This document shows, one piece after another, positions 50,543 through 60,333 of a stretch of DNA of 64,000 nucleotides (position 1 is its first letter; every line of letters begins with the position of its first letter). The notes below the pieces were generated by a model. That model ran no database searches, was not told the origin of the DNA, and was given only the letters and a program-made list of their open reading frames with translations. Location of the stretch: positions 5,888,001 through 5,952,000 of the forward strand of contig OZ244999.1 of the NCBI GenBank assembly GCA_965223265.1, in the 5' to 3' direction. Both the position numbers and the translations under genes were made by a program. Origin of the DNA: Planctomycetota bacterium. GTDB taxonomy: Bacteria; Planctomycetota; UBA8108; SXIK01.

Positions 50543-51286
50543 ATGTCGATCACACCATTCTTGATTGTAGCGCAGCTCGCGTTCATTGCCGTGATCGTGC
50601 AGCGCGCGCGTCGTTCAGGCGCCGTGTCGGCCCAGGCGGTGACGGCGCTCGTTTCACTCGTGTGGATCGGACTTGGCGGCTGGTCGCTCGCCACTTCGTT
50701 TATCGGTGCGACGGGCGGCTATGAATCGGAGAGCTTCTACACAGCGTGGGGTGGACTTTGGCTGCCCGCAGTTCCGATCCTCTTACTGCTGGGTCCGGTC
50801 TTCTCAGTCGCGCGCCTCCGGCGGGCGCTCGAAGCGGTGCTGGCTGCGACTCCGGTTCATTGGCTGACGGCCGTGCAGGCGCTCAGGATTTCCGCGATCG
50901 GCACCGCCTACAAAACCCACCTCGGGCTCTTTCCGACGTACTTCGAGTTCGCTGTCGGCGTCCCCGATCTTCTCTTCGGCATCTCGGCATTGGCGATGAC
51001 GCGCCTGGCCCGACGCGGACGAGTCAGCGCACGAGCGCTCGTGATCTGGAATGTCATCGGCATCGCCATCGTTGTGCCGACCGCACCCATCTTGATTCAA
51101 CTCGGCCTCCCGGGCCCTCTTCAAGTCTTCGACACCGCACCGACAGCTACGGCCGTCTACGCGTTCCCGATGTCGCTCGCGCCAACCATGGTCGTGCCGA
51201 CGTTCGTACTGCTCAACGTTGTCGCTGTTTGGCGTCAGCTCCGCATTCCCGCCGACAAGGCGGCCGAGTTGAAGTTAGCGTCGTAA
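50543..51286 (+). CDS. Multi-pass membrane protein
   Basis: About 7 hydrophobic segments; GGAGG RBS. Confidence 0.75.
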   Translation: MSITPFLIVAQLAFIAVIVQRARRSGAVSAQAVTALVSLVWIGLGGWSLATSFIGATGGYESESFYTAWGGLWLPAVPILLLLGPVFSVARLRRALEAVLAATPVHWLTAVQALRISAIGTAYKTHLGLFPTYFEFAVGVPDLLFGISALAMTRLARRGRVSARALVIWNVIGIAIVVPTAPILIQLGLPGPLQVFDTAPTATAVYAFPMSLAPTMVVPTFVLLNVVAVWRQLRIPADKAAELKLAS

Positions 51287-51320
51287 CTGTCATGCTACAA
51301 CCCCGCTAAGGAGTCCTACG

Positions 51321-52430
51321 ATGAAACCGCGAATCCTCGTCACATCTGCTGCTGGACACACGGGATCAATCACCGCCATGCAGCTCCTCGAGAGAGGCTT
51401 TCCCGTTCGTGCGTTTGTTCGTCGAGACGATTCACGCGCCGACAACTTAAGGAAGGCAGGGGCCGAAATCTTCGTTGGAGATCTGCTCGACATGCGAGAT
51501 CTTCGCAAGGCTCTCGCCGATGTTCAGCGCGCGTATCACTGCCCACCGTTCGCCCCGAATCTTCTGCATGAGTCCATGCTGTTTGCTGTCGCCGCCGAAG
51601 AGGCGAAGCTCGAGGTCGTAGCACTGATGACCGCGTGGAATCCTCACCCGACGCATCCGTCGATCCACCAGCGCGAGCACTGGCTCGCCAACAATCTCTA
51701 TCAATGGATGCCGACCGTCGGCGTCGTGTACCTCAACCCCGGGGTGTTCGCCTTCACGTATTTCTTTGGCCTTCCAGCGGCTGCGCACTTCGGTAGATTG
51801 ATGCTCCCTTTCGGCGAAGGGTTGAACGCACCGCCCGCCAACGAGGATATCGCCGCGGTCGCGGCCGAAATCTTGGCTGCACCAGAGGAACACGTAGGCA
51901 GAGTCTATCGTCCCACCGGGCCAAAGATCCTCTCCGGCCACGATGTCGCGGAGGTTTTCAGTCGCGTCCTGGGGCGCAACGTCCGCTACCAGAACGTTCC
52001 GACCCGGATGTTCACCAAGTCTGCCAAAGCGCTCGGTTTCTCAGATTTCGAGATCGCCCAGCTACGCCACTACGCCGCAGAGGTTCGAGGCGGGGCGTAC
52101 GCCGTCAGCGCGCCGACGGATCACGTCGAGCGTGTTTGTGAGCGCCCGGCAGAAGCCTTCGAGGTGACCGCGCGGCGCTACATCCAAAATCCGCAGCTGG
52201 TCTTTCCCCACCTCAAGGTCGGCAGCAAGCTGGGCGCGCTGCGCCTGATGCTCAAGACGATGCTGACGCCGGCCCCCCAACTCGATCGCTGGGAATCCGA
52301 GCGCGGATACCCGCTGCTCACAGCGCCGGTACTGGCCCACAACAGCCAAGAGTGGCTGCGCGCCGCTGAAGAGACGCGGCCGGTCTTACTCGCACCGGGC
52401 TCCGCGCGAACCTCGGCGCTGCTGAGCTGA
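51321..52430 (+). CDS. NmrA-family NAD(P)-binding protein
   Basis: ILVTSAAGHTG, VRAFVRR, GDL.D, EDIA, TGP. Confidence 0.88.
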   Translation: MKPRILVTSAAGHTGSITAMQLLERGFPVRAFVRRDDSRADNLRKAGAEIFVGDLLDMRDLRKALADVQRAYHCPPFAPNLLHESMLFAVAAEEAKLEVVALMTAWNPHPTHPSIHQREHWLANNLYQWMPTVGVVYLNPGVFAFTYFFGLPAAAHFGRLMLPFGEGLNAPPANEDIAAVAAEILAAPEEHVGRVYRPTGPKILSGHDVAEVFSRVLGRNVRYQNVPTRMFTKSAKALGFSDFEIAQLRHYAAEVRGGAYAVSAPTDHVERVCERPAEAFEVTARRYIQNPQLVFPHLKVGSKLGALRLMLKTMLTPAPQLDRWESERGYPLLTAPVLAHNSQEWLRAAEETRPVLLAPGSARTSALLS

Positions 52431-52434
52431 ATCC

Positions 52435-52755
52435 AAAGTAGCAGGCACACGCCGCGTACCGTCCGCTCTTATCTACGTTGTCCTAAAGTAGCAGGCACAC
52501 GCCGTGTGCCGTCCGGTCTTCTCTGCGTTCACGTTCGCGTTCCGAAAGTAGCAGGCACACGCCGTGTGCCGTCCGGTCTTCTCTGCGTTCACGTTCGCGT
52601 TCCGAAAGTAGCAGGCACACGCCGTGTGCCGTCCGGTCTTCTCTGCGCTCACGTTCGCGTTCCGAAAGTAGCAGGCACACGCCGTGTCCCGTCCGGTCTT
52701 CTCTGCGTTCACGTTCGCGCTCACGTTGGCGCGAGGTCTCGCCGTGTGCCGGTCG
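52435..52755. repeat. Tandem 60-bp units containing a single REP
   Basis: AAAGTAGCAGGCACACGCCGTGTGCCGT-like copies at 52435, 52485, 52545, 52605 and 52665. Confidence 0.95.
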
Positions 52756-52832
52756 CTCTTACGAGCACAGTCGGCAAGTGAGCGCCTCGACAAAAACGGC
52801 AAACCCGAGGCGCTCACTTGCGACCCAACGAA

Positions 52833-52994
52833 TCACTCGCAGCCCAGCAACTCGCAGCCCAGACTCGCAGTCGGCTGAGGGTCAACCCCGCAGCCCGGAT
52901 GCGGTGGCGGTGGCGCCTCGCTGCCAGCGACGAAAAGGAAGTTGAACATGAAGATGGCGTCGGAAATGTCGCTTGAGTCATCGTCGTTGAACAG
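52833..52994 (-). pseudogene. Orphan dockerin-like C-terminal remnant
   Basis: Manual translation FNDDDSSDISDAIFMFNFLFVAGSEAPPPPHPGCGVDPQPTASLGC resembles the tails of the 9871 and 28213 proteins. Confidence 0.7.
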
Positions 52995-53258
52995 ACTTTG
53001 CCCGCGGTGACGTCGCCGTCGTCATACTTCATGACCTCTAAGTGACTTGTTACCTCGTCCCTTGCCCGGATTCAGGGCCAAGACTCTACACGAAGGTCGT
53101 TAGCAATAGCAAGATCGAGCCCGTCCAGGGTTGGACACCCCAACAGACACAAAAAACCTGGCGCGCTGAATGTTCGTGGTACGTTCAAGCAAGGGGCCGA
53201 AGTATAGAAACGGTAGCAACGATGCACTTGAAAAAGATCACGACGAGAAAGGAAACTC

Positions 53259-53546
53259 ATGCCACAGACTCGACGCCAAGAAATCACTGAGCTCTTACAC
53301 CACGGCGCTCTCAGCGTTGAAGAGATCGCCGCGCGCGTCGCTGCCGATGCGAAGTCGGTGCTCGCCGACCTCGAACACGTGCGCCGCAGCCTCAAACCGC
53401 CTGAGAGCTGGCGCAAGCACGCCGCTGCGTGCCTCCGCTGCGACTTCGAGTTCACTGGCCGCGACAGGTTCACAACGCCGTCGCGCTGCCCGAAATGCCG
53501 CAGCGAAGAAATCCGCGACCCGCTCTTCGAGGTCGTCGGCGAGTGA
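53259..53546 (+). CDS. HTH + Zn-ribbon putative regulator (COG3357-like)
   Basis: TRRQEI..LL..DLEHV..SL; CLRC..F..PSRCPKCRSE. Confidence 0.75.
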   Translation: MPQTRRQEITELLHHGALSVEEIAARVAADAKSVLADLEHVRRSLKPPESWRKHAAACLRCDFEFTGRDRFTTPSRCPKCRSEEIRDPLFEVVGE

Positions 53547-53714
53547 AGACCGCGTGACGATCGATCGTACCAAGTCCGTCGCGACCCGAGCTTTCGAGTA
53601 GCCGAGACACCCTCTCCTGTGAACGATGAACGCAAGTCAAGGCGAATGGTCTCGTGGACCCACCAACTGTAGTCCGGCACAAACACCATTAAGCAGTGAG
53701 GGAATCGTCGAAGA

Positions 53715-54491
53715 ATGCTCTTCACCTGGCTGCGCCGTAGGCGGCGCCGAAAACTGCTCTCGCGTCCTTACCCTGCTCAGTGGGATCCGCACTTCGCGGC
53801 ACTGCCGTTCTATCTGCAGCTGGATGCGAAGCGTCGCGACGCCATCCGCGACATTACGCGCGTTCTTGTGACCGAAAAGAACTGGGAAGGGTGCGGCGGC
53901 CTGTCGATCACCGAGGAGATGCAGGTGACGATCGCGGCGGGAGCGGCGCTTCTGCTGCTCGGCCTCGAGCACGAATACTACCGTCACGTCGACTCGATCC
54001 TCGTCTACCCGACGACCATCATGGCACGTCACCGCCAAGCGGGCCCAGGCGGCTTGGTCCGAGAGGGAAAACAAGCTGTGATTGGACTCGCCCACTATCG
54101 TGGACCGATTGTTCTCGCGTGGGACTCGGCCCGCCATGGCGGGGAAAACTGGGAGGATGGCCGCAACGTCATCCTGCACGAGTTCGCGCACAAACTCGAC
54201 ATGCTCGACCACTTCGCCGACGGAACGCCGCCGATTCACGAACGCGAGCAGTACGACGCTTGGGTGCAGATCATGACGCGCGAATACGAGCTTTTGGTGA
54301 AGAAAACGGAAAAGGGCAGGCGCACGCTCATGGACAAGTACGGTGCGACAAATCCGGCGGAGTTCTTTGCCGTCGCAACGGAGTGCTTCTTCGAAAAGGG
54401 CCGAGCCATGAAGCGGAAACACCCGGAGCTCTACGAATTGTTGAAGACGTACTATCGTCAGGATCCCGCCGGCTGGCGTGCTTCCTCGTAG
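53715..54491 (+). CDS. MtfA-like zinc peptidase (M90)
   Basis: ILVYP, DGRNVILHEFAHKLD, YGATNPAEFFAVATECFFE. Confidence 0.92.
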   Translation: MLFTWLRRRRRRKLLSRPYPAQWDPHFAALPFYLQLDAKRRDAIRDITRVLVTEKNWEGCGGLSITEEMQVTIAAGAALLLLGLEHEYYRHVDSILVYPTTIMARHRQAGPGGLVREGKQAVIGLAHYRGPIVLAWDSARHGGENWEDGRNVILHEFAHKLDMLDHFADGTPPIHEREQYDAWVQIMTREYELLVKKTEKGRRTLMDKYGATNPAEFFAVATECFFEKGRAMKRKHPELYELLKTYYRQDPAGWRASS

Positions 54492-56167
54492 CGGACGCTC
54501 ACGCCCGCTTCGTTTGGACTAACCTGGATCCGAAGGTGGTCGACTCGGGAGGCCTGCTTCTCCGCTTCGCGACGCCACGTTGCATCGGGGCCAAACCGAT
54601 GGCGCTCCTTGCCGTCCTCCCTTCGCCAAGGACCGTCCTCTATCTTCAGTGCGATCGCACTTGCGATGCAGATATGGAGTGGCACCCAGGCCCACACCGC
54701 CCAGTACCTCCAACCCAACTTCCAGCTCGGGTCGGCCGCAGATTTCGGCGCGGCAGTCGGCTCTCGCGCGCGCAGCGCGTCACCGGAGCGCGCGATAAGC
54801 ATCCACGTGGCGATCGCAGCCAACGCCAAAAAAGAGAAGCCCGACATCATCGCACTCGGATTCTTGTAGTCCGCGACACGTTTGGCGATCACGGCGGCAA
54901 GACTGACCCCGGTGACAACCAGAAACAGCAGCGCGCCTTTGCCATACGCACTCGCAGGCGCCAACGCCAAAGAGCCGCGGCGGTAGAGCCTGAGGCCGTA
55001 GAGCACCGGCAGCGTCCACAGGATTCCAGCGATGAGGAAATAGGCCCACGGTTCGAACTGCGGAAACGGCTCCTTGAAGTAGGCGAGGGGCTCAGCCGGG
55101 AGCACATCCGAACGCACGCGCCAGTGCCAGGCGTTTTTCTTCAGGTTCATCCAACTCATCACCACCACCAAAACGAATCCTGCAAAGACGTCTAAGCGGC
55201 GGCGATCGACATCCTCAGATGGAGGCTCGAGGTTACCCTGGATCAGTCTTCCAGCTCCCATGGCGACGCCGAATCCCATGAAGAACCCAAAACTCTCCTC
55301 GGCATGCTTCCACGCGGACAACGGCGCGAAGTAGCCCCAACCGGTGGCAAACGGGACATGAATCTGCAGCGCCAGAATGAACCCGATGCAGCCTGCGAGC
55401 ATGGCGTAAGCCGTGAACACGACAGCGGCGCGGTCCCGCTGCCGCCAATGGTGCAGGAGAAGCGCCACGAGAATGCCGATGACACCGGCCCAAACCTCAC
55501 TGCGGTATGGCGGCGCTAACTCGATGCCTCCGAACTTGGTGAGCGCAAGGTAGCCGATCCACCATGCAGCGGTGCATTCGAGGATCAGCCGCGTCGCCGG
55601 ACGATCCCCTCTGCGGATGAACCAATACGGCACGAGGACAATCGGGATCGTCAGCGCCGCCAGCCATTCTCCGTCGTGCCACTCCTCTTCGGTGTAGGCG
55701 GCATACGCCTCAAAAGCCGCCGGGCGAAAAAAGAAATACAAATACGTTAACAGGAACGCGGTGCCAACGACCGTGAGCGGTCCGATGAATCGATTCAATT
55801 CGCTGCGCGGACGCGTGAACGCCAGAGCCAGGATCGCCCCACCGATGCCCGACCAAAGCAGGCCGACCAGTCCAATGCAAGCAAAGCCATAAACCACGTC
55901 TACGGGCGTATCGGAAAGAATGTAGAGCCGGTGCTCCATGTTGGTCAGCGTGCCGCCCCACGCCCAACCGATCGCTCCGCAAAGGCCGGCGACTGCGCAG
56001 CGACGGTACCAACCCGGCCGCGCTGAACCGAGACACACCGCCATGGCAACAAGCGCGCCTGGCACCATGGCACCCGCTTCATGCCCGTAGGACCCGCGCC
56101 ACCCCCAGCCGTAGCACATGGCGACGGCAGAGAAAAGAAAGAGGCTCAGGAGGCGGGGTGATTCCAC
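54458..56167 (-). CDS. Multi-pass membrane protein of unknown function
   Basis: GWGWRGSYGHEAGAMVPGAL N-terminus; many TM segments. Confidence 0.75.
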   Translation of the reverse strand: MESPRLLSLFLFSAVAMCYGWGWRGSYGHEAGAMVPGALVAMAVCLGSARPGWYRRCAVAGLCGAIGWAWGGTLTNMEHRLYILSDTPVDVVYGFACIGLVGLLWSGIGGAILALAFTRPRSELNRFIGPLTVVGTAFLLTYLYFFFRPAAFEAYAAYTEEEWHDGEWLAALTIPIVLVPYWFIRRGDRPATRLILECTAAWWIGYLALTKFGGIELAPPYRSEVWAGVIGILVALLLHHWRQRDRAAVVFTAYAMLAGCIGFILALQIHVPFATGWGYFAPLSAWKHAEESFGFFMGFGVAMGAGRLIQGNLEPPSEDVDRRRLDVFAGFVLVVVMSWMNLKKNAWHWRVRSDVLPAEPLAYFKEPFPQFEPWAYFLIAGILWTLPVLYGLRLYRRGSLALAPASAYGKGALLFLVVTGVSLAAVIAKRVADYKNPSAMMSGFSFLALAAIATWMLIARSGDALRAREPTAAPKSAADPSWKLGWRYWAVWAWVPLHICIASAIALKIEDGPWRREDGKERHRFGPDATWRREAEKQASRVDHLRIQVSPNEAGVSVRYEEARQPAGS

Positions 56168-56228
56168 GCAGTTTCTCGCTCCGGTCGGTCAGCCAATGTC
56201 GCATGTTACGAGAATATACGAAATCGTG

Positions 56229-56255
56229 CGTCACGTTTTCCGTGCCTATTTCGTC
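56229..56255 (+). promoter_or_regulatory. Candidate ECF41 promoter
   Basis: CGTCACG-N16-CGTC compared with the ECF41 consensus TGTCACA-N16-CGTC. Confidence 0.6.
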
Positions 56256-56402
56256 TTCACTCCGGAGCCCCACCGAACGACGAGCTCGGCTCGTAATCGC
56301 GCTCAGGCGTTCCAGACCATGTCCTCTGATCGCGGCAGCACAAACAGCTGTGTGGTGTCCGAATGGCCAAAACCGTCAAGACTGAAGAAAGGAACCTCCC
56401 CC

Positions 56403-57395
56403 ATGAACATCTTTATCGCAGGTGCGACCGGCGTCATCGGGCGATCACTCGTACCGCAACTGCTCGAACGAGGGCACTCCGTCACGGCGATGACGCGCGA
56501 TGAGAAGCGGGCCGACCGGATCGCACGCCAAGGCGCCGAACCCGTCGTTTGCGACGTCTACGACGCCGCCCGGCTCGATCGTGTTGTCGGTGACGCAGCT
56601 CCAGACGTCGTCGTCCACCAACTCACGTCCCTACCTGCCGCTATTCATCCACGCCACATCGCAGAGCACCTAGCTGCCAACGACCGCATCCGCACCGAGG
56701 GCACCCGGAACCTCTTGCGTGCTGCCCGAAGGGCAGGCGTCCGCAGAGTCGTCGCGCAAAGTATCGCATTCGCCTACACACCGCACGGCAGCCTCGTCAA
56801 AGACGAGACTGCGCCGCTCTGGCTCGACGCGCCGTGGCCTTGGCAGCGCACGGTACGCGCCGTAGAGGATCTGGAAGCGCAAGTGACTTCGAATCGGGAC
56901 ATCGAAGGCGTCGTCTTGCGTTACGGCTACTTCTACGGCCCGGGCACAGCGTACGCCGCGGACGGCTCGGTCGCTGCGCTCGTCCGTCGACGCCAGTTTC
57001 CGCTTGTCGGGGCTGGCTCCGGCGTCTTCTCATTCGTTCACGTGAGCGATGCTGCTGCCGCGACGGTCTTGGCGCTCGACAACAGCGCCGCGGGAATCTA
57101 CAACATCGTCGACGACGAGCCGAGCCCCATGCGCGACTGGCTGCCTGTTTACGCCGACGCTTTGGGTGCACGCGGACCGCGTCGGGTCCCTCGCCTGCTG
57201 GCGCGGTTCGCCGCCGGTCGTTACGGCCTGTACATGATGACGGATCAACGCGGGGCCTCGAACGCGCGTGCCAAGAAGGAGCTAGGCTGGTCGCCATGCC
57301 CGGCGTCGTGGCGCACGGGATTTCGAGACGCGCTCGCCGGCGAAGCAGGCCGGAGCGTTCAAGCTCACGGTGCGGAGGCAACGACAGGTGTGTGA
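56403..57395 (+). CDS. NAD-dependent epimerase/dehydratase
   Basis: IFIAGATGVIG, VHQLT, LRYGYFYGPG, FVHV.DAA. Confidence 0.9.
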   Translation: MNIFIAGATGVIGRSLVPQLLERGHSVTAMTRDEKRADRIARQGAEPVVCDVYDAARLDRVVGDAAPDVVVHQLTSLPAAIHPRHIAEHLAANDRIRTEGTRNLLRAARRAGVRRVVAQSIAFAYTPHGSLVKDETAPLWLDAPWPWQRTVRAVEDLEAQVTSNRDIEGVVLRYGYFYGPGTAYAADGSVAALVRRRQFPLVGAGSGVFSFVHVSDAAAATVLALDNSAAGIYNIVDDEPSPMRDWLPVYADALGARGPRRVPRLLARFAAGRYGLYMMTDQRGASNARAKKELGWSPCPASWRTGFRDALAGEAGRSVQAHGAEATTGV

Positions 57396-58308
57396 CGACA
57401 CGAAACCGCACACAGATAGCACGGCCGGAGATGGTCGTGCCCGAGATCTCGCGGCGGCATTCGCAGCGCACCGTGCCTATCTCTTTGCGGTCGCCTATCG
57501 CATGGTCGGCGTCGCCGCGGATGCGGAAGACATACTCCAAGAAGCGTGGCTGCGTTTTTCGTCCGCTCGTCTGGACAACATCGACAACCTTCGATCCTAT
57601 CTGGTCACGATCGTCACACGACTCTGTGTCGACCTCATGCGATCGGCGCGGCGTCGACGCGAACACTATGTCGGCGTCTGGCTTCCGGAGCCGGTCCCAA
57701 CGCCGGAGGCTCTTCCCGACGCCCTCGAAGCAGCTGAGTCGGCATCGTTCGCCTTTCTGCTTCTTCTCGAAAGACTGAGTCCGCAGCAGCGAGCCGTCCT
57801 GCTCCTGCACGACGTCTTTGACTACTCGCACGATGAAGTCGCGGATGTGATGGGGTGCTCAACGGCAGCGAGCCGTCAGATGCTCCACCGTGCACGACAG
57901 CGACTCGGCGAGGCCTCGCGCCCGAAGAGTCCGCCGACGGCTGAAGTGAACGAAATCGTCTCGCGCTTCTTTTCGGCGGCGCAGACAGGTGACGTCGATG
58001 CGCTCATCGCGGCGCTGGCACCGGACGTCGTGCTCATGAGCGACGGCGGCGGCAAGGTCGCGGCGGTCAATCGCCCACTCGCTGGGAGTACGCCCGTGGG
58101 CCGATTCTTCGGCGCCGTCGGGCAACACAGCGCCGGCAGCTCGGCCATGCCGTTTCACCTCAACGGTCAGCCAGCGGCGCTGATCTACGAGGGCGGCGAG
58201 CTCACAAACGCCATGGTGTTCGACGTCACAGGCGCGGGGATCACCGCGATCTACGTCGTCCGTAATCCCGACAAGTTGCGGCGCCTGCAAGCAGCGGCGA
58301 GCTCGTGA
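57388..58308 (+). CDS. sigJ: ECF41 (SigJ-like) sigma factor with SnoaL extension
   Basis: WLPEP, DGGGK and NPDKL signature motifs. Confidence 0.92.
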   Translation: MCDDTKPHTDSTAGDGRARDLAAAFAAHRAYLFAVAYRMVGVAADAEDILQEAWLRFSSARLDNIDNLRSYLVTIVTRLCVDLMRSARRRREHYVGVWLPEPVPTPEALPDALEAAESASFAFLLLLERLSPQQRAVLLLHDVFDYSHDEVADVMGCSTAASRQMLHRARQRLGEASRPKSPPTAEVNEIVSRFFSAAQTGDVDALIAALAPDVVLMSDGGGKVAAVNRPLAGSTPVGRFFGAVGQHSAGSSAMPFHLNGQPAALIYEGGELTNAMVFDVTGAGITAIYVVRNPDKLRRLQAAASS

Positions 58309-58360
58309 CGACGTAGCCGGCACGCACCAGTTTGCGTTTGCGTTTGCGTGGGCGCCTCTC

Positions 58361-58690
58361 AAAGTGGCAGGCACTCTCCGAGTGCCGTGGCCGCAAAGAA
58401 GACCCGACGGCACTCGGAGAGTGCCTGCGACTATGGGGCGCCTGACTTTTCCTCTGACGTGCTGTTGCGTGGGCGTGGGCTGTCCGATCTTGTGAGCGTG
58501 CGTGGAGGACACAGCACAAACGCCGATCGAATTTGAGGACAAGGGTTTCCGAGCCTTCCGCGAAGAATTTGTGCAGCTGTAGAGACAGGGTCGGAGACAG
58601 ACGGCACACGGCGTGTGCCTGCTACTTTAGGAAGCGCAAACGGCTACGCGCGCAAGACCGGACGGCACACGGCGTGTGCCTGCTACTTTG
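58361..58690. repeat. Further REP copies (one doublet and two singlets)
   Basis: AAAGTGGCAGGCACTCTCCGAGTGCCGT..ACGGCACTCGGAGAGTGCCTGCGAC; ACGGCACACGGCGTGTGCCTGCTACTTT twice near 58601 and 58662. Confidence 0.85.
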
Positions 58691-58728
58691 GAAAACGCAA
58701 GCGCACCGTCTGCGGCGTGCGGACTACG

Positions 58729-59982
58729 TTAGGGCTCGAGTTCGGCGAGATCGAAACGATAGAACGTGATGGCGCCGTAGCGCGCGCCTTCGTCGTTGAC
58801 CGTTTCGACGACCAGGCCGATGCTGCCGTCCGCCAAGCGCTGGAGAACCGAATAAGCCGCGAAGCCGGCGTGGATGCGCACCGGGCCGCCGAACGTTTTG
58901 CCCTCGTCGTAACTCGTCCAGACGGTGAGGTCGTTGCGATTGAGGCCGTCCCGCCCACGCGGCGCCGAGAAGAGGATGCGGTCTTTGTCGTGCCCCTCCC
59001 GCTTGGCGGAGTAGCGCAGGAGGGAGGCATCCACCTCCGCGACCCGCGTCGACTCGGGCGTGTTCGGCCCCCACGTCGCGCCGCCGTCGCGGCTGACGTG
59101 CCGGCGACGATGTTCGCCGCCGTTTTGACGCGCGTCGAGAAGTAGCGTGCCGTCGGTCAGCTCGATGACTTCATCCTCGTTACCTTGCGGGCCCGGCGTC
59201 ACGCCACCGACCTGCCACGACTTTCCATGATCGTCGGAGAAGTAAACGAACGGCGCGACAGTCGCCGGACCGTCCGGCGTCTTGGAACCGCTTCGCTTCG
59301 CTGGGACCACGAGTCGCCCGTTCCTGCTGGCGTCGCTCTGCCACTGGAGCTGGATGCCGTGCCCCGGACCAGGCTCGGCCTGACGCCAGTAGAGACCATC
59401 CGAGGTCCCCTTCGGTTCGTCCGGATAGACAATCTGCTGACGCTCCGACCATGTGCGTCCGTTGTCGGTGCTCGACCGCACCCAGACGACGTGGTTGCTG
59501 TCCGCCGAGTCCGGGTTTTGGCCGTAGCTGACGATGTTGGGTGCCTTGTCCGGCCACTGGCCGTAGAGGAGAAAGATCGTCTTCGTCCCGACATCGAGTA
59601 CTGGCGTCGGGTCGCCAAAGTCAACTCGACGTCCGTTGGCGCGAAAACCCGAATCGATCACGACGAGAGGCTCCCAGGTGCGGCCGTTGTCGGTGCTACG
59701 GCGCATCACGAGATCGATCGGCGCGTTCTCATCGTGACGCGGATCGCTGCCGTCGCCTCGGCGTCCTTCTGCGAAGACCAAGATCGTCCCGTCGGGTGCG
59801 GCGATCATGCCAGGGATACGAAACGTGTGATAGCGTCCCTGCTCCGTCACATAGTCTCCCTTAGGCGCGGCGAACGGACGCGACACCGTCAACACTTCAG
59901 CTGCGAGTGGCACGTGAACGATCAACATCGAGACAACTGCGACCATCGCGACTTGATCCATCTTCAATTGCGTCTTCGACAT
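58729..59982 (-). CDS. Sialidase (GH33/BNR)
   Basis: FRIP motif, five S.D.G.(T/S)(W/F) Asp boxes, AYS catalytic Tyr. Confidence 0.9.
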   Translation of the reverse strand: MSKTQLKMDQVAMVAVVSMLIVHVPLAAEVLTVSRPFAAPKGDYVTEQGRYHTFRIPGMIAAPDGTILVFAEGRRGDGSDPRHDENAPIDLVMRRSTDNGRTWEPLVVIDSGFRANGRRVDFGDPTPVLDVGTKTIFLLYGQWPDKAPNIVSYGQNPDSADSNHVVWVRSSTDNGRTWSERQQIVYPDEPKGTSDGLYWRQAEPGPGHGIQLQWQSDASRNGRLVVPAKRSGSKTPDGPATVAPFVYFSDDHGKSWQVGGVTPGPQGNEDEVIELTDGTLLLDARQNGGEHRRRHVSRDGGATWGPNTPESTRVAEVDASLLRYSAKREGHDKDRILFSAPRGRDGLNRNDLTVWTSYDEGKTFGGPVRIHAGFAAYSVLQRLADGSIGLVVETVNDEGARYGAITFYRFDLAELEP

Positions 59983-60041
59983 GTCAGTTCCTATGATCAA
60001 TGGCCAAAGCGGCAAAAAAGATCTCCAAATTTCCTCTCTTC

Positions 60042-60086
60042 CTCTGCGCCACTCTGCGAACTCTGCGAACTCTGCGAACTCTGCGG
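60042..60086. repeat. Short tandem CTCTGCG(AA) repeat
   Basis: Five CTCTGCG copies at 9-10 bp period, intergenic. Confidence 0.8.
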
Positions 60087-60333
60087 CCAAGAATACTGCC
60101 GGAAGATTTCTAACCACAGAGTCCGCGGAGGAACGCAGCGATCCTCACAGCGAATCAGGCTTCCGTAAAGCAGCTCCTCGCCGCCGCATAGAAAAATGTT
60201 TGCGCGAGAACAAGACTTTCGAGGTTAGCAGTGCAGAGTTGTTGATCGAAAGATCTTCGCTCTCGCACCCTTCTCCAGTGCATTCTGCGGCGGGAGATTC
60301 TTCAGGAAGATTCTCCACCACGCAGCCAATGCG

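Noticed and set aside
53780-55195. 471-aa plus-strand ORF and similar long overlapping ORFs (e.g. 11725-12882, 18753-19916)
   Set aside because: Shadow frames of well-supported genes in GC-rich DNA, with no motifs.
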